DNA of 64,000 nucleotides from Paecilomyces variotii (Eukaryota): NCBI GenBank assembly GCA_004022145.1, contig RCNU01000006.1; one strand, 5' to 3'. Shown piece by piece: positions 26,254 to 39,374 of this stretch (position 1 is its first letter; each line of letters starts with the position of its first letter). The notes under the pieces were generated by a model. It saw only the letters and a program-made list of their open reading frames with translations, ran no database searches and was not told where the DNA came from. The position numbers and the translations under genes were made by a program.

Positions 26254-29200
26254 GCAGCACTGCCACTCTGCAATGTGTGCCGAGTAAAAGGAGACCCGAG
26301 CTTGCGACAGTCGAGATTTGTTCCGGACGGTGATCTGACAGTTCTGACTGGCGACGGTAGATGTTACCGAGACAAAAGCAGCCAAGGTTCTCAAGCAGGA
26401 TCTGCTAGACGTACAGTGGCTCTCTCAGATGAATGTCTGATCACCAATCATAAAACGCCTTTGTCTCCTGAGCGACTAGGGGTGGAAGCTCATCTCAGCA
26501 GCGGCGGCTCTGGTATCGAACGTTTGCTTTTCGATGCCAGCATCCTGAGACACGCGAGGCATAAACCTGTTGTACGCAATAATGACTCTACCGTCTGTCC
26601 CGTCTGCATGGATTTGCCAAGGGCACGGAACCTACCATGTCTTCCAGAGGTTTACGAAGACGAATGACAGCGCATCTCACTCGCTTGCTGTTTCATCCAT
26701 AATAAGAAGCTTGCAGTCCCGTTAAAGAAACAGGGTTAATAGCATGCTTGGGGCTAACCTTCATCAATTCCGTTCGACAGTCCCAGAACTCCGGTTTCCC
26801 GCGCAAGAATCGTTAGACTGGGGATCCTAGCGAACCTTTGTTTTTCTCGCCACCATGATCGCCATGTACCTGCAGCCTGCAGGACGGCGGAAGGCTGGGG
26901 ACGGAATATGCCCACGTGGCGATCAGGAATTTTCAACTTCATGAATCATGCTGAAGACCTTGATTGGCCGGTATACACGGGCCAAAGCGTCCATTTTTCC
27001 GTCAAAGATGCGCGATGCAACTTTCGCGGCAGCAAGTGTCCCACGGCACAGCAAAAGAGCTTCCCTGATCCACCAATTATTCCATTCGATCCTTTGTGAT
27101 CTGTCCAGTCTCCTAGTATCCCGGACCCGTCAGTGATAAAATGATGATAGATAAGAGAAATTTCAAAGAAGATACAGTAATGGCGGAGAGAGCAACATCC
27201 CGCGACCTAAGGTCTGTCCTACCTCGGGGTTTGTCTCTATCCTGCCGCTGATTTCTGCGGTACCCGAATCGATCCACTGTTGTTACACATGTCTTGACCT
27301 TGCAACCGGGGATGCCCTTGGGATGTTTCAGAACTAAGAGCTCCGCTCGGTCAATGAACGGGCTTCTAGAAGACGATATGGAAAGCCTTTGAGCCTTCTT
27401 AGCGGAGAAGTATGATATTTCTGGCAAGCGGCTCGGAGATCCCACGGCAGACGAGGCCGCTAGAGAAAAACTTCCATTGTTCCCGAAGCCTGCCTTTTCT
27501 GGCAAGTTGACCGGCGATCTCGGCCGTCCTCAGTACTACTAAATAATACCATACTCTAAAGACGGGAAAGGAGCTAAGAGTATGGAGACACCACAACGAT
27601 GGTAACTAGCGGGAAACAGGACGAATAATTTTTTATGAGATGCTTGTCACACACCGCCGGTCCAGGGTCTTCGAGCTGCGAACATGGTTTGCACACTCTT
27701 TGCTGGTAAAACGTGATGAAATAAGTTACGGATCAGCCATTATGAACACCCCTTGTTAGAGCATGTTTCAAAGATTGTCTACCAACGGAATAAGCGGCTG
27801 GTAAGCAGGGATGTGACTCGGATCCAGAGTAACACTGCCAGGATTGTTGTCGCCTAGATGATTTACGCGCCGGCTCGATGTCATCAACCTCGGGATATTT
27901 TCATAGTGGAGACTACACTGCACTTTACACATCTGCCGACTCTGGCCGTCTCCAGCCTTACGCGGTGAAAGAGAGAGCTCTAACGAAAAGCTTGATAATG
28001 ATAATTAGCCCAAGCCGTGATTAGTAGTCAACTCATGCGGTGAGGCCTTGTCGACTGACCGCCAAAATCTCATCGTTTGTCATAGACGGACTAGGAAAAT
28101 CTGTTGTGTTTCGATAGCTACGATCATGGAGCGCTAGCCGCCGATAGCACGCCAAAAATTTTGCAGGTCTGAACCATGGCGTCACGGTGGCTCCTGCTCG
28201 GAGATCCTAAGACACGAAAAAATATCTGTGAATACGAAATGGAATTCCTGCAGCAGTCTGTTGCAGATTGACCTGTTGATCAGAAGGGACGGTGGCCTCG
28301 TTCCCGGACCTGTATCATATTCTGCAGTCATAGTCATAGTTGAACATGGTATTACGGGGGACAAGCCCCTGTTGCACCTGGCTTTGTCACCTTTGTCTGA
28401 TTCCCAGTCTTGTTTTTGTTGGAGATTATTATTATCCACTGCGATGGGACTGCTCCGGGCACCCACACTCTTGTGTCTGAGCCACTTTCTGGGGGCTTCT
28501 ACAAGCGAGGTGTCGCTAACGGTTAAACGGTGTGGCACAGGCTCCATTTTGATTCTGTTAATTGATCGGCCTACGGAAGCCTCTGTGGGGACATTAATCT
28601 CAACAATTCCCGTGCCATGTGCTCGGATCATCCCATGGTTCTTGCAAGGCGCTGAGCAGAAGGTAGGAAAACTATCCAGGTTGGGGATCTAATTAGAAAA
28701 CGTTTGGGGTTCATTCTACTCCGTACAGCAGTTTTCTTTGGAGGCTTAAACGGTGTAGCCTCGGCTTGTCTATTCCCTGCTGCCATAGGTAATCCAGTGG
28801 CAAGAATCGGGAAGACGACAAGAAGCCCCCTGTCTGTGACATTATGACCGGCGCGCGGGTCAAGGCTCAGGAGACAACTATCGACAGCTGTATCATGACT
28901 CGTCAATCGAAGCATTATTATTCTGCACAGCGGCTCTCTATGCATCGGCGCTACGAATAATAGCCAGATGATAACCCTGCCGCAGAGGCCCGATGAGCAT
29001 AATTAATCGTCTAATGAGGCTGACTGTCCTTGATAACTAAATCTGTCTAGTTGGTAAATTAGCTGGAGTGATTGGACAGGGGCCAGGGAGTGAACTGACA
29101 GAGCAACTAACGTTGTTGACTTGATCCAGCCCCAAGCAAAGCAGTGGCCTTGTTCGTCCTACTCGACTCCACGACTTGCTTCGCTGGCGATGATCGTGTT

Positions 29201-30721
29201 CTCGAAAACCTCTAGGGGTCCGAAAATCACCACGCACAAAACCGGCTAGATCGGGTGAGCTTTGTACCTACCTAGTCTACTCCAGACTTGTGCTTCGTTC
29301 AGAAAAGCCACGATCGACGATCGATGCAGGGGCTTGCTGTTCTCAGAATACCAGCAAGTAATATTCATTGGCCTTTGTATGTCCGAGAATGAACCCTGTC
29401 CGCATGTGCAGGTCCCCCTATCTGGGATGATTATTGATTATCATTATTACTATTATTATTATTTTATATTTTTTTGGCCTCCAGAAGAGCTCATAGATAG
29501 GAAGGTAACTCGGACAAATTGCAATTTCTGACAAAGCATTGGCTAGGAAGCTAAGCAGACTGAAAACAGAATAGCCGATGAGGCCGTCAGAGAAGTGACT
29601 GAACCGTTCGTTATCCCGACCCACCCCCTGGGGAAAAGCGATGATTTTACTCCGGCGTATTATTCTTCTAACCTCTTGGCCATGACCCTAACTATCTGAC
29701 CCCTGAAATCTGAAGAGGCTACCAGGCTGAAACCTGACCGGCCCAGTCCGAATTGATCCCGGCTCTCGGGATTGAGCCAGCATGGAAAGTTTTGGTCTCT
29801 CAGCCGCCCCCCGGTTTGATTAGGTTTTGGCGTTTTACTCTAGATACACTGGCAGGTCGTTGTCGTCACAACTTTCCCCTGGCACCGGAGAAGACCGATC
29901 AGGGCCAGATTTCCATTGATTTTGTGTGTCGGGGGCTGTTTGTGTCTGTGTGTGTGTGTGGCATGGTCCAGAAGTCGATTACGGCTATTCTTCCATGGGT
30001 TGAGGGCTAGTCGATGGTATTCCATGCCGGTCATCGAGGGCGTTCCCCCAGCGAGGTCATGCGTTGCGGACTGTGTATCTATTCTAGCCATTCTAGGATG
30101 CGCTGGAGCCGCGGCGTCCGTGTCCGTTCTTTCAGGGTTCTTCCTTTTCGATCTAGTCGGACGGTGCGGTGAAGTGAATCAACTGCTGGCCCAGCGGGTC
30201 GCCTTCTAGATTTTTCGTTTGGCCTTGCCGTCAAGGAGAGAGACCAAATGGGGAATAAGGCAGCTAATCACAATTTGGAGATATCCGGCGCTTCTACTCC
30301 TTCAACTACGTCACGAGCACTGGCTGGGATCCGCCGTCGCCTGGGCTGTCGTTCACGCCGTTCCCCTTGGGTGGAGCATAGCGCCATTCTCATGGAGGAC
30401 AAGGATGTACACGGGTGGTAGCTTGGATTTCCTGGCCAGCTCCAACGGTGGGAAGGGGTTCGGACCATAAATATCCTTTCAGCCTCTTGCTCGCAGTGAC
30501 TTTTCGATTTTCTCAAACACGAGTTTATTATTATTACTCTACAAAGCTGAAGAAGACCAACTCGCTTCTCCCGAACCAGCACTCATCATCCAAGCTCTAT
30601 ATATCTTAATACCTACAATCATCTACCCATCCATCAACCTATACCTCTTCCGTTGAGAGGAAGCATACAGAGAGCTCTTTTTGAATCCAACCAGATTCCG
30701 CATCACACAACAACAACAACC

Positions 30722-30808
30722 ATGCCTTCAGTCGGAAACTCCAACTCTCAGTTCCCTCCCTGCCCGGGACCCCCTCCCAAGGGACCTCTCCCGCCTCTCC
30801 CCAAGTGA
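30722..30808 (+). CDS. Putative 28-aa proline-rich micropeptide MPSVGNSNSQFPPCPGPPPKGPLPPLPK
   Basis: ATG in CAACAACAACC-ATG context, TATATAT at 30598, C-ending codons common; below the ORF-track cutoff. Confidence 0.6.
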   Translation: MPSVGNSNSQFPPCPGPPPKGPLPPLPK

Positions 30809-32639
30809 AGGGTCAATGTCCTTTGACGAATTCTACGAACCGTGCCCCATGGAAGCATACATACGAATTGTGGATAACGGTATCGACTCGATCTTAGCAG
30901 GCTAAGTATCGTACGTCGATATCGAAGTGAGCTCTACTTCGAGCATGGATATACGACGCCATTTTCCATCATCAATTTTCGCAATGCTGCTATACATCTT
31001 ATAATCCATATCGTCGCTCATCCTGGGAATAAACGACACTCTTCTCGTTCACATCAGGCTCCACCTTTGCGCAGATTCTTGGGGAGATAGCCGGTGCCCT
31101 CATGGGGGAGGGCATCCGGCATCAGACTTTCAGATGGGCCTCAGTAGGGACGCCATTCGAACATGCAACACCTGTGGCTGTCCTCAACCTCGGTTGGGCT
31201 GAAATGCCTTGATCGCGCGCTTTCGACTCGCTTGGCCGTTTTGGAATCCCAAGTCCTTCAAATGGTGTTTCACGTCTCCGACACAATCCAGCAAAATGAC
31301 TATTATTGCATCATCGGAAGGCTCTATCACGCGCCAATGCAGGACCGCTGCGATAGTATAGCTCCATGACCACAGACGAAGCACCCAGTGCATCTCTCGT
31401 CATCAATCAGTTGAGTCAGTCATGCGGAACTCAGCCGGCAGAGCGCGTCAACGCGACAAGCCACGCCATTGGACAGAAAAATCACCGCTACTGTTGGAGA
31501 TCAAGATACTCCCGAGGGCGAGTCGACGATGGGCATTATTATCGTCAATGCACTATCGCGACCCCTCCTCCAGGAACCACGGCCCTTTCCCGCCTGACAA
31601 TAATCATTGCTGTGGTTCAGGATTCCATTTCCGACCGTTCTTGCTCCCCCTCATCTGGTGTCTGAGCGCGATCGTGAGCCTGAAACCCCCACTTTTTTTT
31701 GGATACAATTTTTTTATAATCATTTCCTTGATCTCATGTTCATCATCATCGTCATACCACATATGCATCATCCGGCGTTGTATCTAGGGCATTGGTTATC
31801 ATCTACACTACATACATCTACAACATACTATAATGTATTATTCACAAGACCTTTACTTCGGTTTTCAATAACCTCGCTCATCCTTGAATTGTATACCTAG
31901 TAACTCCACGTAGATATCCGTAATATTCGATGAAAGGTAAATCATCATCACAGTCCCCAATACAAATTGAAGCAGAAAAACATCCGGATCCCAACCAAAT
32001 AACCTCTTGACCTTGACCCCGCTAACCCCGCCCCGCAAAGGTGCATCGCATCGCCATGTCATGCAGACCATGTCGGGCTGAGCCGCTTAGTGTATTTAAT
32101 TATCAACTAGATTCCTAGAGAGACTCCGAGCGAGAGAGAGACTCAGAGAGAGCTGTGCGCACCCGCTCTACCTCCCCGGACCTAACCACAACCACCATCC
32201 ATCACCGCCCGGGTTTTGGTCAAAAATCGACGATTCGCACTCGATTGGACAGGACAGATAGACGGTCTAGTAGACTATTTCCATACTAAGTTCCAAAACA
32301 GCTCGCGGCACTGACACTAATGATCTGACCGTTCAACGCACTATTGGATAGGCTTAACCTGGTTTCAGATAGATTATTATTATTTTCTCCCAAGCGAGAG
32401 AGAAAGAGAAAGAAATTCATGCGAGGCGGTGAGGGGAGTAAGCAAGTAGTAAGTAAGTATAACTAACTACCTAAGTTAGTTACAAGATAAGATAACTATT
32501 ATTAGTTAGATGGGATGGTATCATTATTGAGCTATATTAATCAATGATTAATACCCCGTGCTCACCCCTCCATCTCGGGTTGGCTAATTTGATAGGTTGG
32601 ATAAGGGTGCTAGTTAACTAGAGGTGGTGATGATAAGCC

Positions 32640-32667
32640 CTTGCTTGCTTGCTTGCTTGCTTGCTTA
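32640..32667. repeat. (CTTG)n microsatellite
   Basis: About 6 tandem CTTG units. Confidence 0.9.
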
Positions 32668-33117
32668 GGCTCCAGATACTTAGTTATGGAGTAGTTAGTG
32701 AATGACCAAGTGAGTGAGTGCCTTTAATCCATCGAGTATCTACGTGGGCTCATCATGCTTTAAGTACTGGGCTTTGATACCATGGTGATGTATTAGGTAT
32801 AGCGGGCTCGCTTAGCAGAGGTCATTCATAGGTATATATTGCATAGTTATGCTGAGTACTTAGAGTCTTAGTTAATGTCGGAGTCTGCCTACAGGCAGAC
32901 CTCCTGTCGGGTTTCTCCCACGCCTTTCTAGCTCCAGAGATAAATAGGCTGAACGAGTTGCTAGAGAATCCAAGCTCAGCGAGCTTCGCTCCAGAGTCAA
33001 TATATTCTATTTGTTTATAACTTTTTATCATATATACTTAACTAAACAGATAATAGAATAGTACAAGTCCCTCAAGACGCGTGGGAAAATTTGCCACAGA
33101 TACATGTTGCTGTCCTT

Positions 33118-34026
33118 ATGGAAGTTGGCAGCGAATATAAGAGGCAGGAAGATATATCAAGCCGGAACTCGCCAGATGAACTTTACGATCCGAGCTATGG
33201 CACCCTGTCTGGTTACAATTTTGAGACGAAGCAGATGTTCACTCGATACCTGAAGCAGTCCTACCAGAGATTCGAGAACGATTCTGGACCACAGTATGTC
33301 ATGGTGCGAGGAGTCGACAAGGAGGTCCTCGCTTGGATGGATAATCGTCGGCGCACGCTTCCTCCCATGCGGGTTTTCTACGATGAGATTTTTAAAAATC
33401 TCATCGTCAAATTGGTTTCCAGTTATCATGAGATCCTGCATCAAAATTTGATGAACGCTATTACCGCAGAACTTCAAAACATGGGCATCACCATGCAGTA
33501 TTACGCTGTTCAAGGTGCTGGTCGCGTTCGCGGCCAGAACTCACGAGAGAAGGAACCAGACAACTCCTTCCGGCCTATCAACACGCGTCCCAAGTTCAGT
33601 GACCTTCCAACCTTCGTTATTGAGGTTGGAGTTAGCAAAACTCTTAACAACCCCCGGAACGACGCATTCTTTTGGCTAACTCAGACCAACGACCGTGTTA
33701 AGATCGTCCTACTTATTCATAGTTCTAGAGACCACAGTATCGCCACCAGGCCTCTAGTCATCACTATGGAGGTATGGCAAACCATCAACAATCCACGACC
33801 GCATCGAGCAAACTCTGCAGCTCGACCCAGAATACCTGTTAGAACGCAGACTGTGACGATTACGAGGCAAGGCAATGGACCGCCAGTTACAACTGGCGCA
33901 CCGCTTCTACTTCCAGTCAATGTTCTCTTCGAGTCCGTCCCTCCTTTTGTCACTCAGAGCGACGTCTCGCTTCCTGCTGTGGTGCTTGAAATGTATGCAA
34001 ATATTATTTTCAACTCCCTGCCATAG
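33118..34026 (+). CDS. PD-(D/E)xK restriction-endonuclease-fold (Uma2-like) protein
   Basis: HE helix (SSYHEILH), EKEPDNSFRP and PTFVIEVGVS motifs, DAFFWL, VKIVLLI. Start uncertain. Confidence 0.65.
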   Translation: MEVGSEYKRQEDISSRNSPDELYDPSYGTLSGYNFETKQMFTRYLKQSYQRFENDSGPQYVMVRGVDKEVLAWMDNRRRTLPPMRVFYDEIFKNLIVKLVSSYHEILHQNLMNAITAELQNMGITMQYYAVQGAGRVRGQNSREKEPDNSFRPINTRPKFSDLPTFVIEVGVSKTLNNPRNDAFFWLTQTNDRVKIVLLIHSSRDHSIATRPLVITMEVWQTINNPRPHRANSAARPRIPVRTQTVTITRQGNGPPVTTGAPLLLPVNVLFESVPPFVTQSDVSLPAVVLEMYANIIFNSLP

Positions 34027-37000
34027 CTTGTCGACGGTTCAGTTTGCCCTACCGGTCTTTGAGATACGTTTCGAACCCTTTCAGGATTCCGATCTTCTTT
34101 CCTCCTCAATCTGGGAACATATGTCCGTTTGTCCAAAGAATAGTCGGGGATTCAGGACATCTTTCGGCTGGAATGCCAGCCTGCTCGTGGCTGTGAGCGC
34201 CACATTTGCCGTTGTGGGCTTAATATTCCTGCTGGTATGGATAGGGAAGAAAATAGTGTAGATCTGGAGGTTATGTGTAATAATGGCTTTACATTTATTA
34301 GTGTCTCTCGGTCTCTCGTTCTTTGTGGACGAATGGCTTTTATCACAGAAAACACTACATGTCACTTTCCATATCTACCTACTTACGCAAAACAATACTG
34401 TCTTTAGACTAGACCGAATAGGAATAAGATATGGACTGTCCATGATTAGGTGACTTTCTACGATATTTAGGCCGCCTGCATTAAGTAGTAGATAATTAGC
34501 AAAGGACTCTTTGTCTTTTTCATCACTTAAGTTTTCTTTATTAGTCTCGAACTTACCAACAGTAAATAGAGGATCAATTTGAACCTGTTCAGAAATGTAA
34601 GTCCTTCGATGTATTGCGGGGTAAGAATAAACTTGATTTACCTGAATGGCGAAGGCAGGCTTCAGAGTCGGGAGTCTGCAAATAAGGTATCAATTATATC
34701 GATTGGTCCGAAATAGAAAAAGAGATACGATGCTTCTTTTGTATTGCTTTTTGTTTCTTACATATCGTCCACAGGTAGCTTTATGCATGATCCCATGGAT
34801 TTATCAAGTTCCTTCGCATTGAATATGCTGGACTGGATTTATAAATTTCGTTAAGAAGACTCGTGGTTCTACGTATCCAAACCAAGCATCAGAAAGATTC
34901 AAGAACTTCTCGATGGGATCAGAATCTGGCCGAAACCCGTCTAACTAGTTGATACCTGATGCTGGAGGCTATACTGAAGAAAGTAACAGAAATGGTTAAC
35001 TGCCATCCAACCATCTCATACCATAACCGGAGGTATAATCCGGGAGGAAACGAATGATTGGTGATGATTTCTCCTTGCATAGGGAGTCGAAAGTCTACCG
35101 AGTGGAGTAGTAAGGTATGTACTGTACATACATACTTCCTCAGCTTGTTTTCATGTCTTCTTGGTTGAACTTCATCCGTAAACTTGATTCTCTCATGGCG
35201 AAGTGGGGCACGGGATTGCACTTATTATAGAATAGAATTCAACATCAAGTTTTCGTGACAGGGGGAAAAAAAAGCGCTTCTGTGTGGTAAGCTAGATAGA
35301 TAGTTAACCAGAACGGGGTAAGAGATAGATAGATAGGTAAGGAGTTTTCCCTTGAAAAGTCCGCAAATAATGAACTTCAGCTTCAGGGATCGGTTATTGC
35401 AATTACCGAAGAGAAAGCAGGTATTATTATCCCCTCGCTTGGTCTTTCCTTGGTCTGCCGCATGGCTGACGAGTACACGTAACGAAGTTGATAGTCAACT
35501 CTTGTTCCTGGGCGTTTAGCTTGAACAAAACCAAGTCGAGGATGTGACTGGTCTCTTTTTCTCTTTTTGCCGGACATGTTGGAAGCCCGCCCACGTGCGC
35601 TGCGGCGCGCATTCATCCGACGATCGACATGGAGGGATCACGATGATGATGATGATGATTGTTTTTCCATTTAAGTTATTATTACATTGTCCTATCACCT
35701 TCTGATCGAAGCCACACCTTTTCTTGTTCTATATTATTATATCCATACGGTTCCGGAACCAGGCTGGGTTTGAGTTTCTGACTCATATCCCATCACATCC
35801 GATCACACTGTTGCTTGATAACGAGATGGCGCAAGAAAGAACCCAAGCGCTATAATCTCTAGTCCTTTGAGAGGTTAGCGCAAAGTCTCTTATCTGTGAG
35901 GTATATGGTACTCGGCACTGGACGTACAGTACAATAATACTGGACAGGAAGAACAGAAGCGGGAGAGCATAATGCGGAGTATCTAGTCTATACGCATCGA
36001 TGCGATCGCCTCGCCTCCATCGACTTAATCAACGAGTCGTCAGCTTGCAGCTCTCCCACAATTTACGCACTCGATAAGGTGATCGTCTCAGGGCCCGCAA
36101 GAGACTGCGGAGTGTCCCTCTGCGCACGCGTCCGCAGGGGTCCGTATGAATTTCCGCTCCACACTTAACTAACTAGCTGCTTTAACTAACTGTGAAAGTA
36201 TCATGTGCATCTGGCCGCTCTTCAGAGCTTCAGGTAGTGAGCAGTGATCTCGAATCCTTTCTTCGGATGTTCATCCTTACTACCTAATACTTTTTCTCAC
36301 AAGATCACCGAGGGAATGTCCCTTTTCCATTCATAGAGAAACAAGCGTTGACAAAAGTGGTTACATTATCCAACAATAACGACCAGTCAAGAAAGAATAG
36401 CAAAAAAGGCACAGCACCCGACAATCCAGAAGGATTTGCCTCCGTCTCGCATGGCAAAGTAAATCGCTAACCTTATCTTCCCGCACCTTGGGCAAGAAAG
36501 CGAAAAGAAAAGATCGATGACGTTTGTGGACAGTTGCTCTCCTCCCCGCTGTATCTTCCAAGAGGTTAACTAGTTGTCTGTGCGCTAGTGTTTCAGAACG
36601 ACGATAGTCAATGATACATCAGCATGTGATCAGTTATTCTCTGGTTATCTTCTATTCATTGAGTTTCTGAGCGGAGACAGACAAGACTAAGATCTTCCTT
36701 AATGACTAGGAAAGGGTTTGCAGATAAGGACCGAAGGAAATCGCTTATATCGGTTACATAAATATGGATTTTCTGACGCATCATCATCAGTAATCAACTA
36801 AAGCACGGTATACCCTGAGTAGATCTTAGTTCACTCACCTAACAAGAGAGTAGATAACTAGTTAAGTTAACTAGTTAGTTAAGTACCGAGTAAGTAATCA
36901 CCTAGCTAGGCAATGCGGGAGCTAAGTTTGACCTACATGGAATGACCTACATGGAACGGTATCGTCTGTCGATCACCACATGCCTTTTCATTTCCACTTA

Positions 37001-37845
37001 TCAGTACGTATCGTATCGAGTGGGTAATGATAAACCCGATAACCCCAAGGAGGTAAGCAGTGCAAAAAGATAGTGAGGCTATCTAGTCTAGACTAGAGTA
37101 ATTCATGCCGATATACTCCGTACGGTTTAGTAGTCATTTGATTCGGAAAGGTAATAGACCGAAACAGGAAAATCTCACGCGATCTTCAGCAGGAGTAGAG
37201 TAGTCTATAGGTAGTTTCTGAATGGAGTAATTGCATTACCTTTTTCGAGCATTGGAATGGTAGTAGCCCTAATCTATCCCCTATTCGAATTTCGCGTATG
37301 CTTTGCCCTATGCGCGACAAGACAACATCTCTAGTTGGTCAGGGGGATGTTAATTAATGTGGGCTCTTTTTGTTCCTTACTCGTAGGGCTCAATTAATCA
37401 ATTGAAGGCTACGTGTAGATAGTATTGGTTTAAACGTTTCTTATCCGAGATATGTTGGTTGCCATGATAGAGAAGACTCGGACGCTCCTGTTAAGTTAGA
37501 ATACGATCTCTATTGCCATGTCCCAGGAATTACCCCCTCTTCATTGAACAATATGTATCTCAGCATATAGAACATAGCGCTTTCTTACTTCGATTTTAAA
37601 TGTCCATAATAATACTTACGAATTTCCTTTTCCGATGTTACTAATGGGTGCTGGTTGAAACATCGCAATAAAATGAATTCATCAAACCTACGCAGCATCC
37701 GTATAGAGCGAAGGTGTCTACTGCTCTTAAAGTATAGAATTTCAATTGCAGAAGACTGTATACGCCGTATATGAATCCGTACCTCTTATTCGAGAATCCT
37801 TTATATTCTCTCTTATCCAAACAGAAAAGTTCAAGTAATTCATAC

Positions 37846-38951
37846 TCAGACCACCTGACTGTTGTTTTTCTTCTCCCTTCCTTTGAGCTCCTCACGCACT
37901 AGTTAAAGGAAGAATGTAGCGTCCATAGTCAATGGCATCATTGAGGTTGTCATAGCCTCGAATAGAGATGAGTTCCGCTTCCAGATCCACGTAATCTAGA
38001 ATGGAATCGGCCAGAATGTGCGGCGATCCAACCAAGGCTGTTGACGCACCGCGCGCATTCGTCGCTGTAACAGTTGGATACCATAATGCGCGATCCTGGA
38101 CTTCTCCCCGAGCCGCGATCTCGAGCAGACGCTGAGATCCCACATTCTGCGGCGGTGGTGCATCGGCAGGAACCTTGCCCTGTCCATTTGCGCGATGCGT
38201 CTTCAAAGCGTCGAGAATACGATGTGCTTTGGCCCAGGCCAGTTCGTCCGTTTCTGCAACTATGCCGGAACGTGACCCAGATCCGGGGCCGGTCAGTTCG
38301 ACCAGCTTTCTGTGCCGCTGCGTAAATGCGATCGATCTGTTCCTTCGTCTCTTTCAACGGCTCGCCCCAAAGTCCGAATATATCTGCCAAAACAGCACCG
38401 AGGCGATATGCGTTCTCTGAGGATCCACCCACAGATACTGGGATCGTGCCGTTGACAGGACGCACGCGGTTGCTGAACTGTTTGAATTGGTAGTATTTGC
38501 CGTCCCAGTCGAACGGGTCTGCGGACTCCCATGCGCGACGTAAGATTCGGATATACTCTTCAAGCCGGGCATATCGCTGCTCCTTCGTTAGGAAATCTCC
38601 CTCTTTAGCCTGTTCCGCATCACTACCACCAGCGATGAAGTGCACGACAACACGACCGGAACTGAGCTGGTCTAGAGTCGCGAGAGCCTTTGCAGCAACG
38701 GTGGGGTACAACGTATTTGGACGCAACGCAATAATAACCTTGATCTTCTTCGTCACTGCTGCAATGGTAGCACCGATAGTGAAGGGGTCGTATGACGACG
38801 AATCATACGGGACCAGCGTGTAGTTGAACCCATAGTCATCGAGAGTGCGGGCGTAGCGGACTAGGAAGTCCGGATCGACCGAGGCGTTTGGTATCGGCTT
38901 CAGCTCTGTCGAGGCATTGGGAAATGTCAAGCTGATGAATTCTGTCGGTAT
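37846..38951 (-). pseudogene. Luciferase-like / alkanesulfonate monooxygenase pseudogene
   Basis: IIALRPNT, LDQLSSGR, GGSS, LWGEPL, IRGYD motifs. ATA stands in place of ATG (38949-38951), a -2 frameshift lies near 38264 (FR|IVAETDEL), and a +4 insertion lies near 37900. Confidence 0.8.
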
Positions 38952-39154
38952 GGTTGCGGAGGTGTCTTGAATTATGTCGGCGCTCACAACTTATTTGGAG
39001 GCGAGCTGCAAACGGCTTATACGACTCTGCTGAAAGAGAGGTAGGATAAGCAATATGAAGCCACCTAAAGCCACCAATATAGATTTAAAGGAGACACGCT
39101 GGAATAAGTAATTGCTTATAATCAGTAGCGGAGGGAGTGCTTTAGCCAATGGGG

Positions 39155-39374
39155 AATTAAGATAAAGTCTATGGGCATAAATAGCTAATAGATTCTAGTA
39201 TCTTTTAGTTTTCTAAGCAATTCAATATTCATTCCTGTATTATAGTTATATTGACGGAAGTCGACTAGACGACTAGACCAAAAAGGAGAACTCCTCAGAG
39301 GTCTGGTCCTAGCTGGATCTAACATATATTTTTTCTAAGTCTTTGCTTCTATAATCCTAGATCTCTATAAGTTA
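39155..39374 (+). repeat. Direct repeat copy 1 (more AT-rich; has an extra ~80 bp)
   Basis: Aligns by eye to 41014-41153; the substitutions are all transitions. Confidence 0.85.

Noticed and set aside
32881-32905. Hairpin GTCTGCCT-AC-AGGCAGAC as a Helitron 3' end
   Set aside because: No convincing CTRR|T terminus or matching 5' end.
25174-36957. Short tandem duplications (CAAGCAGGAAACT x2 at ~25174; GACCTACATGGAA x2 at ~36930) as array or CRISPR-like repeats
   Set aside because: Only two adjacent copies each and no spacers; ordinary slippage.
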